Positions 7,845-17,198 of a stretch of 64,000 nucleotides of DNA are shown piece by piece (position 1 is the first letter of the stretch; each line of letters starts with the position of its first letter). This DNA is from Bacteroidaceae bacterium (GTDB taxonomy: Bacteria; Bacteroidota; Bacteroidia; Bacteroidales; Bacteroidaceae), in assembly GCA_024697785.1 (NCBI GenBank), contig JAILEU010000137.1, positions 5,952-69,951 of the forward strand, in the 5' to 3' direction. The position numbers and the translations under genes are program-made. Below the pieces are notes generated by a model. That model did no database searches and was not told the origin of the DNA. It saw only the letters and a program-made list of their open reading frames with translations.

Positions 7845-10800
7845 ATGAAAAACAAGACCGTTCATTCATCCTTCTTCACCTGTCGTTTCACGCTGCTCGT
7901 GTCGGTTCTGCTGTGCCTCAGCGGCGCGGCGCGTGCCCAGGAGAAGGGCGAGACACTCTTCATCTACTTCAACGACGGCACCATCAAGGCCTTCCCGACC
8001 GAGCTCATCGAGAACACCAACATGGACCTCAAGTCGTACGTCCGTCTGACGCTGGCGGGCGACACCGTCGTCTCGTACCAGAAGATGCTCATCGACTCCA
8101 TCAGCCACTACGGCCCCGAGGTGCCCTCGTTCACGTCGTTCAAGTTCAACAACAAGTTCAACGAGAACCTGCCCACCGACGCCGAGGTGGCCGAGGTGAC
8201 GGACACGATGACGTTCACCGTCAACGCCATCGGCAAGCGCCTGACGCCCTCGTTCCAGCTGAGCGACGACAACGCCCGCGTCTTCATCGGCGCCGCCGAG
8301 CAGAAGTCCAAGGAGTCGCGCCTCCGCTTCGACCACGACATCACCTACACCGTCTCGCTGCCCGGCGACAGCGTCTATGCCTACCAGAAAATCAAGGACG
8401 AGGTGTGGAGCGAAGAGGTGTGGAGCGAAGAGGTGTGGAGCGAGCCCGTCGAGGAGATTGCCCTCCGCGCCGACATGCTCTCGACCAACCAGCCCACCAA
8501 CTACCCGGGCAGCGAGGACCTCGCGATGATGCTCGACGGCGACTGGAGCACCTACCACCAGTCCACGTGGGGCTCCAACGGCATCTATACCCAGAAGAGC
8601 GAGAACGTCTGCCTCGACATCGTCCTCGACGAACCCATCAGCGTGTTCCAGTTCTACTACGTCACGCGTAACTACGAGAACTACAACCCCCTCGCCTTCA
8701 CCATCTGGGCAGCGGGCGACGACGGCGTCTGGAAGGCCCAGCGCAAGCTCGGCGTCGCCGACGGCATGCCCACCTACTTCGGCAACAGCGAGTACACCTC
8801 GCCCTCCATCGAGCTCGACGCCTCCTACCGCCGCCTGCGCTTCGAGCTCACCGAGGCCGAGCACACCAAGCAGCAGCCCGACGGCTTCATCCTCCCTTAC
8901 CTGTCGCTGGCCGAGCTGCGCCTCTACAAGGTCAACGGCGGCGAGCGCGTGCTCATCAAGCCCTCCGAGCTCATCCACCCCGCCGAGCTGCTCGAGCCCG
9001 CCGTCTGGTATAAGGGCATGCGCCCCTACGGACACGACTACACCGTGCGCGTCGATTTCCTCACCGACCACGCCACATCCGTCCCCCGCATCGACATCGA
9101 CATCGAGGGCGGACAGATGGTCAGCAGCAAGAGCTACTACCTGCCCGCCGCCTTCCACCTCGACGGCGGCGGCGTCTTCGACGACCTCGAGGACAGCATC
9201 CTCATCCGGGGCCGCGGCAACAGCAGCTGGGCAGGCACCTGGGGTAAGAGCCCCTACAACATCAAGTTCGCCGAGAAGGTCAAGCCCTTCGGCCTCACCA
9301 AAGGCAAGAGCTGGTGCCTCATCGCCAACGCCCAGACCGGCTCCATGATGGTCAACGCCATCGGCATGAAGGCCGCACGCATGATGGGCACCGCCGGCGC
9401 CAACCACGTCATACCCGTCGACCTCTACATCAACGGCAACTATCGCGGCAGCTACACCTTCACCGAGAAGGTCGGCCTCCACAACAACAGCATCGACGCC
9501 GACGAGATGACCAGCTACATGCTCGAGCTCGACTCGTACTACGACGAGGACTACCGCTTCTACTCGCGCCCCTACACCCTGCCCGTCAACGTCAAAGACC
9601 CCGACCTCTCCGACGAACCCTTCTGGCAGGATGCCGACGAGCGCTTCCAGACCATCCAGGACCAGTTCAACGCCTTCACGCAGGCCCTCATGAACCAGAA
9701 CGGCTACGAGGACATGATCGACCTCGACGCCTTCGCCCGCTTCTTCATGGTCAACGACCTCATCAACAACATGGAGCTCGGCCACCCCAAGAGCACCTTC
9801 CTCTACCGCGAGAACTACGCCGACCCCGAGTCGAAGTACACCTTCGGACCCGTCTGGGACCTCGACTGGGCCTACGGCTACGAGAACAGCTCACGCTACT
9901 TCCAGCGCGACGCCAAGACCTCCATCTTCAGCAAGATGACCGGACAGTCGGGCAACAACTTCTTCATGGCCATGCTCGACAACAGCGAGCAGGTGCGCAA
10001 GGCCTACTACCGCGTGTGGGTCGAGTTCATGCGCAGCCACTACGAAGAGTTCCTCGAGTATCCGCGCGACTACTTCGCCTATGCCCGTCCCTCGCTCGAG
10101 GCCAACGCCGACATGTGGGGCGACGGACGCAACTACGCCAGCCAGCTGCCGCAGATCGAGACCTGGTTCGACGACCGCACCCAGTGGATTATGGACAACA
10201 TCGAAGTCTTCGACCTGGGCGACGACTCGCCCTTCCTCTCCATCGGCGACGTCAACACCGACGGCATCTACTCCGTGCTCGACGTCGTCACCCTGCTCGC
10301 CTACATGCTGGGCGAAGGCCCCGAGGAGTTCAGCTTCAAGCAGGCCGATGTCGATAAGAACGGCATGATCACCGTCACCGACCTGGTGTGCGTCATCGAC
10401 TACGTGCTGAAGGCCGACAAGCAGGCCTCGCACGCCGCCGTGCGCCGCCTCGGCCCCGCCGAGGTGCAGCTCGCCGCCGGCGCCTTCAGCGCCCGTCTGG
10501 GCGAGCCCGCCGACCTCGACGTGCAGCTCGTGCCCGTCGCCGATGCCGACGACGACGTCACCTACACCGGCTGCGAGCTCGTCGTCCGCCTCCCCGAGGG
10601 GATGGTGCTCGAGCGCGCCGCCCTCGCCGACGGCTGCCTGACCCACACCGTCGTCACCGCACCCCTCGACGAGCGCCACACCCGCGTCCTCGTCTATGCC
10701 GACGACAACAGCCCCCTGCCCCTCGGCAGCCTCCTCAGGCTCACCCTGCGCCCCGACGCCGTCGTCGCTGAAGGCGAGCGCTCCGTCACCCTCGCCGACG

Positions 10801-11072
10801 CCTCCGTCGCCACACCCGACGGCCGCGAACACCGCCTCCACAGCCTCACCGCCACCTTCGGCCTCTCCACCGGCATCGACAGTCAGCTGGCCACGACCAA
10901 GATTAGCGGCGGACACGCCCTCACCATCACCGCCCTCGCCCCCGCCGACGTCAGCATCCACACCGCCGACGGACGCCTCGTCCGCACCGTCGCCGTACAG
11001 CCCGGCACCACCACCGTCAGCCTCCCCGCAGGCATCTACATCGCCGACGGCACCAAAGTGGTCGTTTTTTAG
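7845..11072 (+). CDS. CotH kinase-family protein with discoidin-like, dockerin-like, cohesin-like modules and T9SS CTD
   Basis: 1075-aa ORF, paralogous to 5663-7711 (FTSFKFNNKFNE; RGRGNSSWAGTWGKSPYNIKF; VDLYINGNYRGSYTFTEKV). It has a discoidin-like insert (MLDGDWSTYHQSTWG...LAELRLYK), a dockerin-type duplicated Ca-loop (DVNTDGIYSVLDVV / DVDKNGMITVTDLV), a cohesin-like beta module, and a CTD ending GIYIADGTKVVVF. Confidence 0.8.
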   Translation: MKNKTVHSSFFTCRFTLLVSVLLCLSGAARAQEKGETLFIYFNDGTIKAFPTELIENTNMDLKSYVRLTLAGDTVVSYQKMLIDSISHYGPEVPSFTSFKFNNKFNENLPTDAEVAEVTDTMTFTVNAIGKRLTPSFQLSDDNARVFIGAAEQKSKESRLRFDHDITYTVSLPGDSVYAYQKIKDEVWSEEVWSEEVWSEPVEEIALRADMLSTNQPTNYPGSEDLAMMLDGDWSTYHQSTWGSNGIYTQKSENVCLDIVLDEPISVFQFYYVTRNYENYNPLAFTIWAAGDDGVWKAQRKLGVADGMPTYFGNSEYTSPSIELDASYRRLRFELTEAEHTKQQPDGFILPYLSLAELRLYKVNGGERVLIKPSELIHPAELLEPAVWYKGMRPYGHDYTVRVDFLTDHATSVPRIDIDIEGGQMVSSKSYYLPAAFHLDGGGVFDDLEDSILIRGRGNSSWAGTWGKSPYNIKFAEKVKPFGLTKGKSWCLIANAQTGSMMVNAIGMKAARMMGTAGANHVIPVDLYINGNYRGSYTFTEKVGLHNNSIDADEMTSYMLELDSYYDEDYRFYSRPYTLPVNVKDPDLSDEPFWQDADERFQTIQDQFNAFTQALMNQNGYEDMIDLDAFARFFMVNDLINNMELGHPKSTFLYRENYADPESKYTFGPVWDLDWAYGYENSSRYFQRDAKTSIFSKMTGQSGNNFFMAMLDNSEQVRKAYYRVWVEFMRSHYEEFLEYPRDYFAYARPSLEANADMWGDGRNYASQLPQIETWFDDRTQWIMDNIEVFDLGDDSPFLSIGDVNTDGIYSVLDVVTLLAYMLGEGPEEFSFKQADVDKNGMITVTDLVCVIDYVLKADKQASHAAVRRLGPAEVQLAAGAFSARLGEPADLDVQLVPVADADDDVTYTGCELVVRLPEGMVLERAALADGCLTHTVVTAPLDERHTRVLVYADDNSPLPLGSLLRLTLRPDAVVAEGERSVTLADASVATPDGREHRLHSLTATFGLSTGIDSQLATTKISGGHALTITALAPADVSIHTADGRLVRTVAVQPGTTTVSLPAGIYIADGTKVVVF
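8400..8444 (+). repeat. in-frame 15-bp x3 tandem repeat (EVWSE x3) inside a CotH gene
   Basis: gaggtgtggagcgaa x2 plus gaggtgtggagcgag. Confidence 0.95.
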
Positions 11073-11100
11073 TTGAGAGTTGAAAGTTGAAAGTTGAAAG
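11073..11100. repeat. tandem word repeat GTTGARAG
   Basis: ttgagagttgaaagttgaaagttgaaagtt, the reverse complement of the word at 1447-1470. Confidence 0.9.
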
Positions 11101-11117
11101 TTAAAATAATATCCCCT

Positions 11118-12512
11118 ATGCATACCTCCAAGACCAACAGCGCGAAGCGCGTCCTTCAGCGCGGCATACTGTTTCCGCTCATGACCCTTCTCTGCTGCCT
11201 GACCGCCTCCGCTGCCGACACGCTGCCCATCACGCTGACGCGCGCCGACGGCCTCTGCGACAAGCTCGACTTCTCGTACGACGACTGGAAGCAGCACTAC
11301 TACTACACCTCGCCCGTCTATCACCTCGACAAGACCGTCAAGCGCCTCCGCTTCATCGTGAGCGAGACCACCTCCGGCGACGCCGGCGGCGGCTACCCCT
11401 GCTTCGCCCTCGCCGAGTTCTACCTCTACGACGGCAACAACCGCCAGATCAGCCTCACCGCACGCAACTTCAGCACCAACGCCCAGGAGCCCACCGAAGG
11501 CCCGATGAAGAACATCTGCGACAACAACGTCGGCACCTACTTCCACTCCCTCTGGTCCTACCGCGACGATAGCACCGGTCCCCACTACATCGACGTCACC
11601 CTGCCGCGCGCCATCAAGGACTTCTCGTTCAGCTACGTCAGCCGCTACGAGAGCGTCGCCCCTGCCGCCATCACCGTCGACGACGCCGACCGCCTCGACA
11701 TCGTCCACACCGACACCCTCCTCTGCGACGTCACCCAGACCGTCAAGGGCCGCGAGTGGGACATCGACCTCATCCTCCAGAGCAGCGACGACGCCGTCCG
11801 CTACACCGCCCTCCAGATGGACATCATCCCCGCCTCCGAAGCCTTCAGCGGCGACGGCATCGACATCACCTTCGCCCTCAACAAAGACCGCCTGCCCTCG
11901 CACACCCTCTCCGTCGGCCGTGGCGACTGGGGCACCCCCCGCGCCGTCATCTACTCCATGACCCTCGACTCCATCCGCGGCATCGACGGCCCCCTCGTCC
12001 ACGTCCACCTCGCCTCGAAGGATGTCGTGCCCCCCGGCCGTCACGTCTTCTACATCAGCGGCATACGCCTCACCACCACCGACAAGACCGAAACCCTGCT
12101 CAACGCCATCGAGGTGCCCATCGTCAGCACCGACCCCGACGAGCCCGATAAGAGCCGCATCTACCTCACCACCGTTGGTGCCGAGGGCATGGCCACCCTC
12201 TCCTCCACCGAGGCCAAGCCCGGCGAGCGCGTCTATCTCCGTGCCAACCCCACTGCCGGTTGGCTCTTCAAGCGCTGGCAGGCCGCCGAGGACGACGTCA
12301 CCATCAACGCCCCCGAGGCCGCCTACACCTACTTCCTCATGCCCGCCCACGACGTCCACGTCACCGCCGTCTTCGAGACGAACGCCATCGCCCCCGCCAC
12401 CACCGACGCCGCCTCTGCCGCCGCCACCCTCCACACCCTCGACGGCCGCCGAGCCACCCAGGCCACACAAGGCATCTACATCCTTAACGGCCGCAAGGTG
12501 CTGGTGAAGTAG
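11118..12512 (+). CDS. T9SS-sorted secreted protein (discoidin-like and cohesin-like modules)
   Basis: ATG 11118 follows the GTTGAAAG word array; the track start, TTG 11094, lies inside that repeat. Signal peptide ILFPLMTLLCCLTASA. Discoidin-like end FALAEFYLYDGNN resembles the module in 7845-11072. The C-terminus ends GIYILNGRKVLVK (T9SS CTD). Confidence 0.65.
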   Translation: MHTSKTNSAKRVLQRGILFPLMTLLCCLTASAADTLPITLTRADGLCDKLDFSYDDWKQHYYYTSPVYHLDKTVKRLRFIVSETTSGDAGGGYPCFALAEFYLYDGNNRQISLTARNFSTNAQEPTEGPMKNICDNNVGTYFHSLWSYRDDSTGPHYIDVTLPRAIKDFSFSYVSRYESVAPAAITVDDADRLDIVHTDTLLCDVTQTVKGREWDIDLILQSSDDAVRYTALQMDIIPASEAFSGDGIDITFALNKDRLPSHTLSVGRGDWGTPRAVIYSMTLDSIRGIDGPLVHVHLASKDVVPPGRHVFYISGIRLTTTDKTETLLNAIEVPIVSTDPDEPDKSRIYLTTVGAEGMATLSSTEAKPGERVYLRANPTAGWLFKRWQAAEDDVTINAPEAAYTYFLMPAHDVHVTAVFETNAIAPATTDAASAAATLHTLDGRRATQATQGIYILNGRKVLVK

Positions 12513-12536
12513 TCTAGGCAGCAGTGGGGGAAAAGG

Positions 12537-12570
12537 GTATGTCAAAGGCAAACGCCCCCTTTTGACATAC
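12537..12570 (+). terminator. stem-loop after T9SS cargo gene
   Basis: gtatgtcaaagg ... ccttttgacatac, a 12-bp stem 25 nt after the stop at 12512. Confidence 0.45.
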
Positions 12571-12595
12571 TTACAATTTGAAACCTAGAAACAGT

Positions 12596-12645
12596 AAAAG
12601 ACCATTTCTGAGCTCAAAAACAAGTCAGAAATGGTCTTTTTATGC
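12596..12645. terminator. bidirectional rho-independent terminator
   Basis: A 16-bp perfect stem, aaaagaccatttctga / tcagaaatggtctttt, flanked by an A-run and a T-run. It lies between convergent genes (ends 12512 and 12753). Confidence 0.65.
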
Positions 12646-12752
12646 TTTTAGACAATTGCCCGATGAAAGGGTGTGGCGAATGCAAATCGAACAAACAGGG
12701 AAACGGGCAATAGCCTTGCGACGAAGGGAATCAGGCCTTGCGGTGGAGGGAA

Positions 12753-13619
12753 TCAGGCTGTGGGGGCGGCGGAGCGGCTTTTCCTGACGGCTATCCACAG
12801 GGCGGCGAGGACGAAGAACACGCCTCCGACGATGCCCACGGGCGTGGGGCCGACGAAGGGGTTGGCGACGTCGGGCGACGTGAGGAACAGGATGCCCAGG
12901 CCAGCACAGCCGTTCACACAGCCGTGAGCAATCACGGCGGGCCAGACGCTGTCGGCCTTCTCGGCAATGTAGTTGAACAGGATGGACAACACCATACAGA
13001 CTACACACATGCCGACAATGGCAAGGGCAATCATCCACCAGGGGTCGGTGCTGGCAACCTTCGCGTAGTTATGGCCGACGGCGATGATGGGGGCGTGCCA
13101 GATGCCCCAGATGAGGCCGACGAGGACAGAGGTGCGCACAAACGAGCGGCCTTCCCTCATCTTCGGGAAGAGGAAGCCCCGCCAGCCCCACTCCTCGCCG
13201 AAACAGTTGACGGCATTGAGCAGCGGCGCCACAAGCACAAGCAGCGTGCCCCAGGGCTTCTGCACGAACGTGTCGGCCGTAAACTGCGCGGGGAAGAGGG
13301 CGAAATAGAGGACGGTGCCGAGGATGGTCAGCACCAGCGGCCCGAACCACCCGATGAGATAGGGCGACGCGTTGCCCCGCAGATGGGGGTGCAGCTTGAG
13401 GTCTGTCCAGTCCTTCGTGATCAGGCGCGTAAGCACGACGCCGATGGCGGGAAAGAACATCACAACTGACGTCAGCGCAAGCGCTACAACCTTCATGGCG
13501 GTATCGCCGGGATTGGCTGCGGACTTCAACGTCATAGGGATAACCGCCCCGAACATAAAGGCCCAGCTGAGCACAAACGTCAGCACCAAATACAACGTAA
13601 TCTGCTTCTTTGTCTTCAT
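12753..13619 (-). CDS. CPBP family intramembrane glutamic endopeptidase (CAAX protease/Abi-like)
   Basis: 288-aa polytopic membrane ORF with CPBP motifs EEWGWRGF (EExxxR), IWGIWH and AHGCVN (HxxxN). Confidence 0.85.
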   Translation of the reverse strand: MKTKKQITLYLVLTFVLSWAFMFGAVIPMTLKSAANPGDTAMKVVALALTSVVMFFPAIGVVLTRLITKDWTDLKLHPHLRGNASPYLIGWFGPLVLTILGTVLYFALFPAQFTADTFVQKPWGTLLVLVAPLLNAVNCFGEEWGWRGFLFPKMREGRSFVRTSVLVGLIWGIWHAPIIAVGHNYAKVASTDPWWMIALAIVGMCVVCMVLSILFNYIAEKADSVWPAVIAHGCVNGCAGLGILFLTSPDVANPFVGPTPVGIVGGVFFVLAALWIAVRKSRSAAPTA

Positions 13620-13733
13620 AAACTATAGATTCTTAAGGAACTGGGAATTTCTTCACTACTTTTTTCACTACGAATTTTGCGAATTATACGAATTCTTAAT
13701 AGATTGAAGTTCTTCAATCTCATAAGGGGGGGG

Positions 13734-14915
13734 CTAATTACCACCGCTCGCCGCTCCCTCCCCTCTAGGGGAGGGCTGGGGTGAGGCTTTCATTCCCAGC
13801 ACTGCCCAACGAACGAGGGGGATGCGGCGGAGGGTTTCGTAGATGGCTACGCTGACGGGGAAGGCGGCTACGAGCATGACGGCATAGACGGCCCACGCGG
13901 GCAGCGCGGTGTGGTTCTTCAGCGTCCAGGCGAGGAACAGCAGCGGCAGGTAGTGGACGATGTAGATGCCGTATGAGCTGCGCGTCATGTAACGGCCGAA
14001 CGCCGACATGCGCCCAGCCCACGCCTTGAAGCACCCCAGCATCGCCAGCACAGCCCACCAGGCGAAGATGTTCGTCAGACGTGCGGCGGAGAGCATCGTA
14101 TAGTCGGCACCGAAGTTGGTGACGGTGAACACCACCGCGCAGGTGACGCCGATGAGCAGCAGCGCCCAGCGCTGGGCGGCAAGGGCGTCGGTGACCTTCT
14201 CGTGCGACAGCACGAAATAGCCCGTCAGGAACCCGACGAGGTAGAATATCGGACGGTAGAGGTTGAGCAGCCCTGCGAGGGAGCCCTCCGTCTGGTTGGG
14301 CCGGACATACACCTGCGCCACGCCCCAGAAGAGGGCCGCCAGCGCCATCAGCACCACCGTCACCGTGATGGACGAGAGCCCTCCCAGCCGTCCGCACAGC
14401 GCGTAGGCGCGGTCCCGACGGTCAAGCAGGCGCACGACGACAAGCAGCAGCGAGAAGACCCACAGGTCCTGCACGAACCACAGCGGTCCGATGCCGGTGA
14501 GGGCAAAGATGAAGTAGCGCACCAGAGCAGGCAGGCCCTCGGGCAGGTAGCCTCCCGTAGCCGTCATGTTCAGCCAGCCCGTCATCCAGTGATAGACGAA
14601 CAAGCCGACGGTCGAGGGCACCAGCAGCTTCAGCGTCCGCTGACGGACGAACCGACGGTGGGCGGCACGACGGTCGCCCAGCTTGGCCTCGAGCCCCTCG
14701 AGGGCATAGCGCGAGCTCATGCCCGCCACCACAAACAGCAGCAGCATGAACCAGGGATAGAGCACATACAGCACGATGTCCTGATACTGCACGGGGGTGA
14801 AGCCGCCTATGCCGCCGAAGGTGCCCTCGGCATTGAACAGGTAGAGCACGTGGTACACCAGCACCAGCACGACTGTCAACCAGCGCAGGTTGTCAATCCA
14901 AACTTTTCTCTCCAT
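13734..14915 (-). CDS. acyltransferase family 3 membrane protein
   Basis: 393-aa multi-TM ORF with an N-terminal IDNLRWLTVVLVLVYHV motif typical of acyltransferase_3/OpgC-like proteins. The last about 20 codons read through a palindromic repeat (see repeat 13756-13786). Confidence 0.8.
   Translation of the reverse strand: MERKVWIDNLRWLTVVLVLVYHVLYLFNAEGTFGGIGGFTPVQYQDIVLYVLYPWFMLLLFVVAGMSSRYALEGLEAKLGDRRAAHRRFVRQRTLKLLVPSTVGLFVYHWMTGWLNMTATGGYLPEGLPALVRYFIFALTGIGPLWFVQDLWVFSLLLVVVRLLDRRDRAYALCGRLGGLSSITVTVVLMALAALFWGVAQVYVRPNQTEGSLAGLLNLYRPIFYLVGFLTGYFVLSHEKVTDALAAQRWALLLIGVTCAVVFTVTNFGADYTMLSAARLTNIFAWWAVLAMLGCFKAWAGRMSAFGRYMTRSSYGIYIVHYLPLLFLAWTLKNHTALPAWAVYAVMLVAAFPVSVAIYETLRRIPLVRWAVLGMKASPQPSPRGEGAASGGN
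13756..13786. repeat. palindrome CCCTCCCCTCTAGGGGAGGG plus CTGGGGTGAGG tail (REP-like unit)
   Basis: Perfect 20-bp palindrome read directly. It is translated as ..SPQPSPRGEGAAS.. at the 3' end of the acyltransferase ORF. Confidence 0.8.
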
Positions 14916-15099
14916 TTTCGTTCTCCTTTCTCCTGCCCTTCGGACTTTTCAGCCGTCCACTTTTGCGCAGCGCCTCGCTGATGATCCACTGCAACTGGCC
15001 GTTGGTGCTGCGGAACTCGTCAGCAGCCCACTGCTCAATCGCCGTCATCGTCTCGGCATCAATACGCAGAATGTAACTTTTTGTATCCTTTGCAGGCAT
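14893..15099 (-). CDS. Arc/ribbon-helix-helix-like DNA-binding protein
   Basis: 68-aa ORF. YILRIDAETMTAIEQWAADEFRSTNGQLQWIISEAL fits the Arc-type beta-strand plus two helices pattern. It overlaps the downstream acyltransferase start by 23 nt. Confidence 0.55.
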   Translation of the reverse strand: MPAKDTKSYILRIDAETMTAIEQWAADEFRSTNGQLQWIISEALRKSGRLKSPKGRRKENENGEKSLD

Positions 15100-15122
15100 G
15101 ATGATTATTATTTTTTGTTTTG

Positions 15123-15338
15123 TTCGGCCTTCGGCCGAGGTTTAGTTCCGACGTTGTCAGAGGTTTAGTTCGGCCTTCGGCCAAGGTTTAGAGGGGTTTA
15201 GAACGGGCAGCGGATTTGAGATTAAACCCTTGCGGCTTGCCGCAAGAATAAACTTCCGCGAGCGGAACTAAACCTTTGCAAAGCAAAAACTAAACCTTTG
15301 CGAAGCAAAAACTAAACCTTTGCGAAGCAAAAATAAAC
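15123..15338. repeat. imperfect long palindrome: GGTTTAG words (left) versus 22-bp x3 AAACTAAACCTTTGCGAAGCAA repeats (right)
   Basis: The left arm has four ggtttag units and ggccttcggcc hairpins. The right arm has three ctaaacctttgc(g/a)aagcaaaa units. Confidence 0.85.
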
Positions 15339-15343
15339 TATTC

Positions 15344-16264
15344 TTAATTATACAGCGTTCCGCTATTTACGACGGGCTGGGCGGGTTCGTCGCCGCAGAG
15401 CACCACCAGCAGGTTGCTGACCATAGCGGCCTTCTTATCCTCGTCGAGGTCAACGACGCCTTCTGTCTTCAGCTTGTCGAGCGCCATCTTCACCATGCTG
15501 ACGGCACCTTCGACAATCTTCTCGCGGGCGGTGATGATGGCGTCGGCCTGCTGGCGGCGCAGCATGACGGCAGCAATCTCAGGGGCGTAGGCGAGGTAGT
15601 TGATGCGGGCCTCCATGATGTGGATGCCGGCGATGGAGAGGCGCTCGTTGAGCTTAGCCTCAAGTTCCTCGTTGATCTGCTCGGCATTCGAGCGCAGCGT
15701 CAGCTCGTCCTCGCTGGCGGCATTGTCGTAGGCGTAGTTGCCCGCCACTTGGCGAAGGGCAGCGTCGCTCTGCACACGCACGAAGTTCTCGAGCACGTTC
15801 ATGATGTACGTCTTGGCGTTGGCATTCGTAGCACTCACCTGCGAGTCAATCTCGAACAACGCCTTGTAGGTGTCCTCGAGCTTCCACACCAGCACCATAC
15901 CGATGAGCACGGGGTTACCCATCTTGTCGTTCACCTTGATGGGCTCGGGGTTGAGGTTGCGCGCACGCAGCGACACAGCCTTGCGGCTCATGAAGGGGTT
16001 GACGAAGAAGAAACCGTCCTTGGCGAACGTGCCGCGATACTTGCCGAAGAACACCATCGCCTTCGCCTCGTTCGGCTCTTGCTTGAATATGCCGCCGAAC
16101 ACCAGGCAGCTCAGCAGGATGCACAGCCCGCCGGGCAGCCCCGCTAATCCGCTTTTACCCATCGTGAATAGCCAGCCGCCGCAGCACAGCAGCGCCAAAC
16201 CCAACAACAAGGCCACAAAGCCGTTCATGACCAATCCCTTGTAAGCAAACTCTTTCTTTTCCAT
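15344..16264 (-). CDS. SPFH/Band 7 domain membrane protein
   Basis: 306-aa ORF with an N-terminal TM hairpin followed by an SPFH core (VFFGKYRGTFAKDGFFFVNPF...IKVNDKMGNPVLIGMVLVWK) and a coiled C-terminal region. Confidence 0.85.
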   Translation of the reverse strand: MEKKEFAYKGLVMNGFVALLLGLALLCCGGWLFTMGKSGLAGLPGGLCILLSCLVFGGIFKQEPNEAKAMVFFGKYRGTFAKDGFFFVNPFMSRKAVSLRARNLNPEPIKVNDKMGNPVLIGMVLVWKLEDTYKALFEIDSQVSATNANAKTYIMNVLENFVRVQSDAALRQVAGNYAYDNAASEDELTLRSNAEQINEELEAKLNERLSIAGIHIMEARINYLAYAPEIAAVMLRRQQADAIITAREKIVEGAVSMVKMALDKLKTEGVVDLDEDKKAAMVSNLLVVLCGDEPAQPVVNSGTLYN

Positions 16265-16486
16265 AATGACTTTTTGTTTTTAATGGTTACTATAATATAA
16301 ATAGGTATATTCAATTTATCGGGGAGTTAAACTATCGACTGTTTACTTTGATATCATTTTGATATCGCAAAGATTCAAAAAAAAATTTCATACCTCCAAA
16401 TATTTTTTGAACTTTTTTCGTCATACAGCGAAAAATTTGTACATTTGCCCGAAAATCGAGTGTCCACCCTACCCGTCCGACGGCCT

Positions 16487-17179
16487 ATGTTTGAAACTCC
16501 GATGATGAGCACCCTGCTGTCCATACCCCTTTTTCAGGGTCTGACGATGGACGAGCTGCTGCGCCTGCTTGAGCAGGTGAGGCCCGACTTCCCGCACTAC
16601 GAGGACGGCGACTACATCGTGCGTCAGGGCGAGCGCCACAGGCAGCTGCTGTACGTGCTGAGCGGCACCGTCGTGCGCGAGCACGCTGTCCAGAGCGGCA
16701 GCCTGCGCTTCACCGAGCGGCTCGCGGCGGGACACTTCATCGAGCTCACCTCGCTCTTCGGACGCGACACCTCGCTGCGCGCCAGCTATCGCGCCGAGGG
16801 CGACGTCGCCCTGCTGGCCTTCGACAAAGAGTATATGTTCAACGTCTTCGGACGGTTCAGCATCGTGCAGCTCAACCTCCTCAACCTCATCTGCGCCCAA
16901 AGCCAGTCGGCCATCGACCGCCTGACGGCACCCCTGCGCGGCGAGGGCATCATGCCACAGTTCTGCCGCTTCGTGACGAACCTCTGCGAGTCGTCATGGG
17001 GCGAGAAGCAGCTGTACGTCACGCGCGTCGAGCTGGCGCGTCTGCTGGGATGCAACAGCCGGCGCCTGTCGGACGAAATGGCCGGATGGGAGGCTCGAGG
17101 GCTCATCATCATTGCCTACGGCCGCATCATCATCCCCGACATGAAACGCCTGATGCACGAGGCGCTGGCGCACAACTGA
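16487..17179 (+). CDS. Crp/Fnr family transcriptional regulator
   Basis: cNMP-binding-like N-domain (IPLFQGLTMDELLRLLEQV...YIVRQGE) and a C-terminal wHTH (TRVELARLLGCNSRRLSDEMAGWEARGLI). The track ORF begins at TTG 16445; ATG 16487 is preferred. Confidence 0.75.
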   Translation: MFETPMMSTLLSIPLFQGLTMDELLRLLEQVRPDFPHYEDGDYIVRQGERHRQLLYVLSGTVVREHAVQSGSLRFTERLAAGHFIELTSLFGRDTSLRASYRAEGDVALLAFDKEYMFNVFGRFSIVQLNLLNLICAQSQSAIDRLTAPLRGEGIMPQFCRFVTNLCESSWGEKQLYVTRVELARLLGCNSRRLSDEMAGWEARGLIIIAYGRIIIPDMKRLMHEALAHN

Positions 17180-17198
17180 AAAAACCCACACGCAGAAA

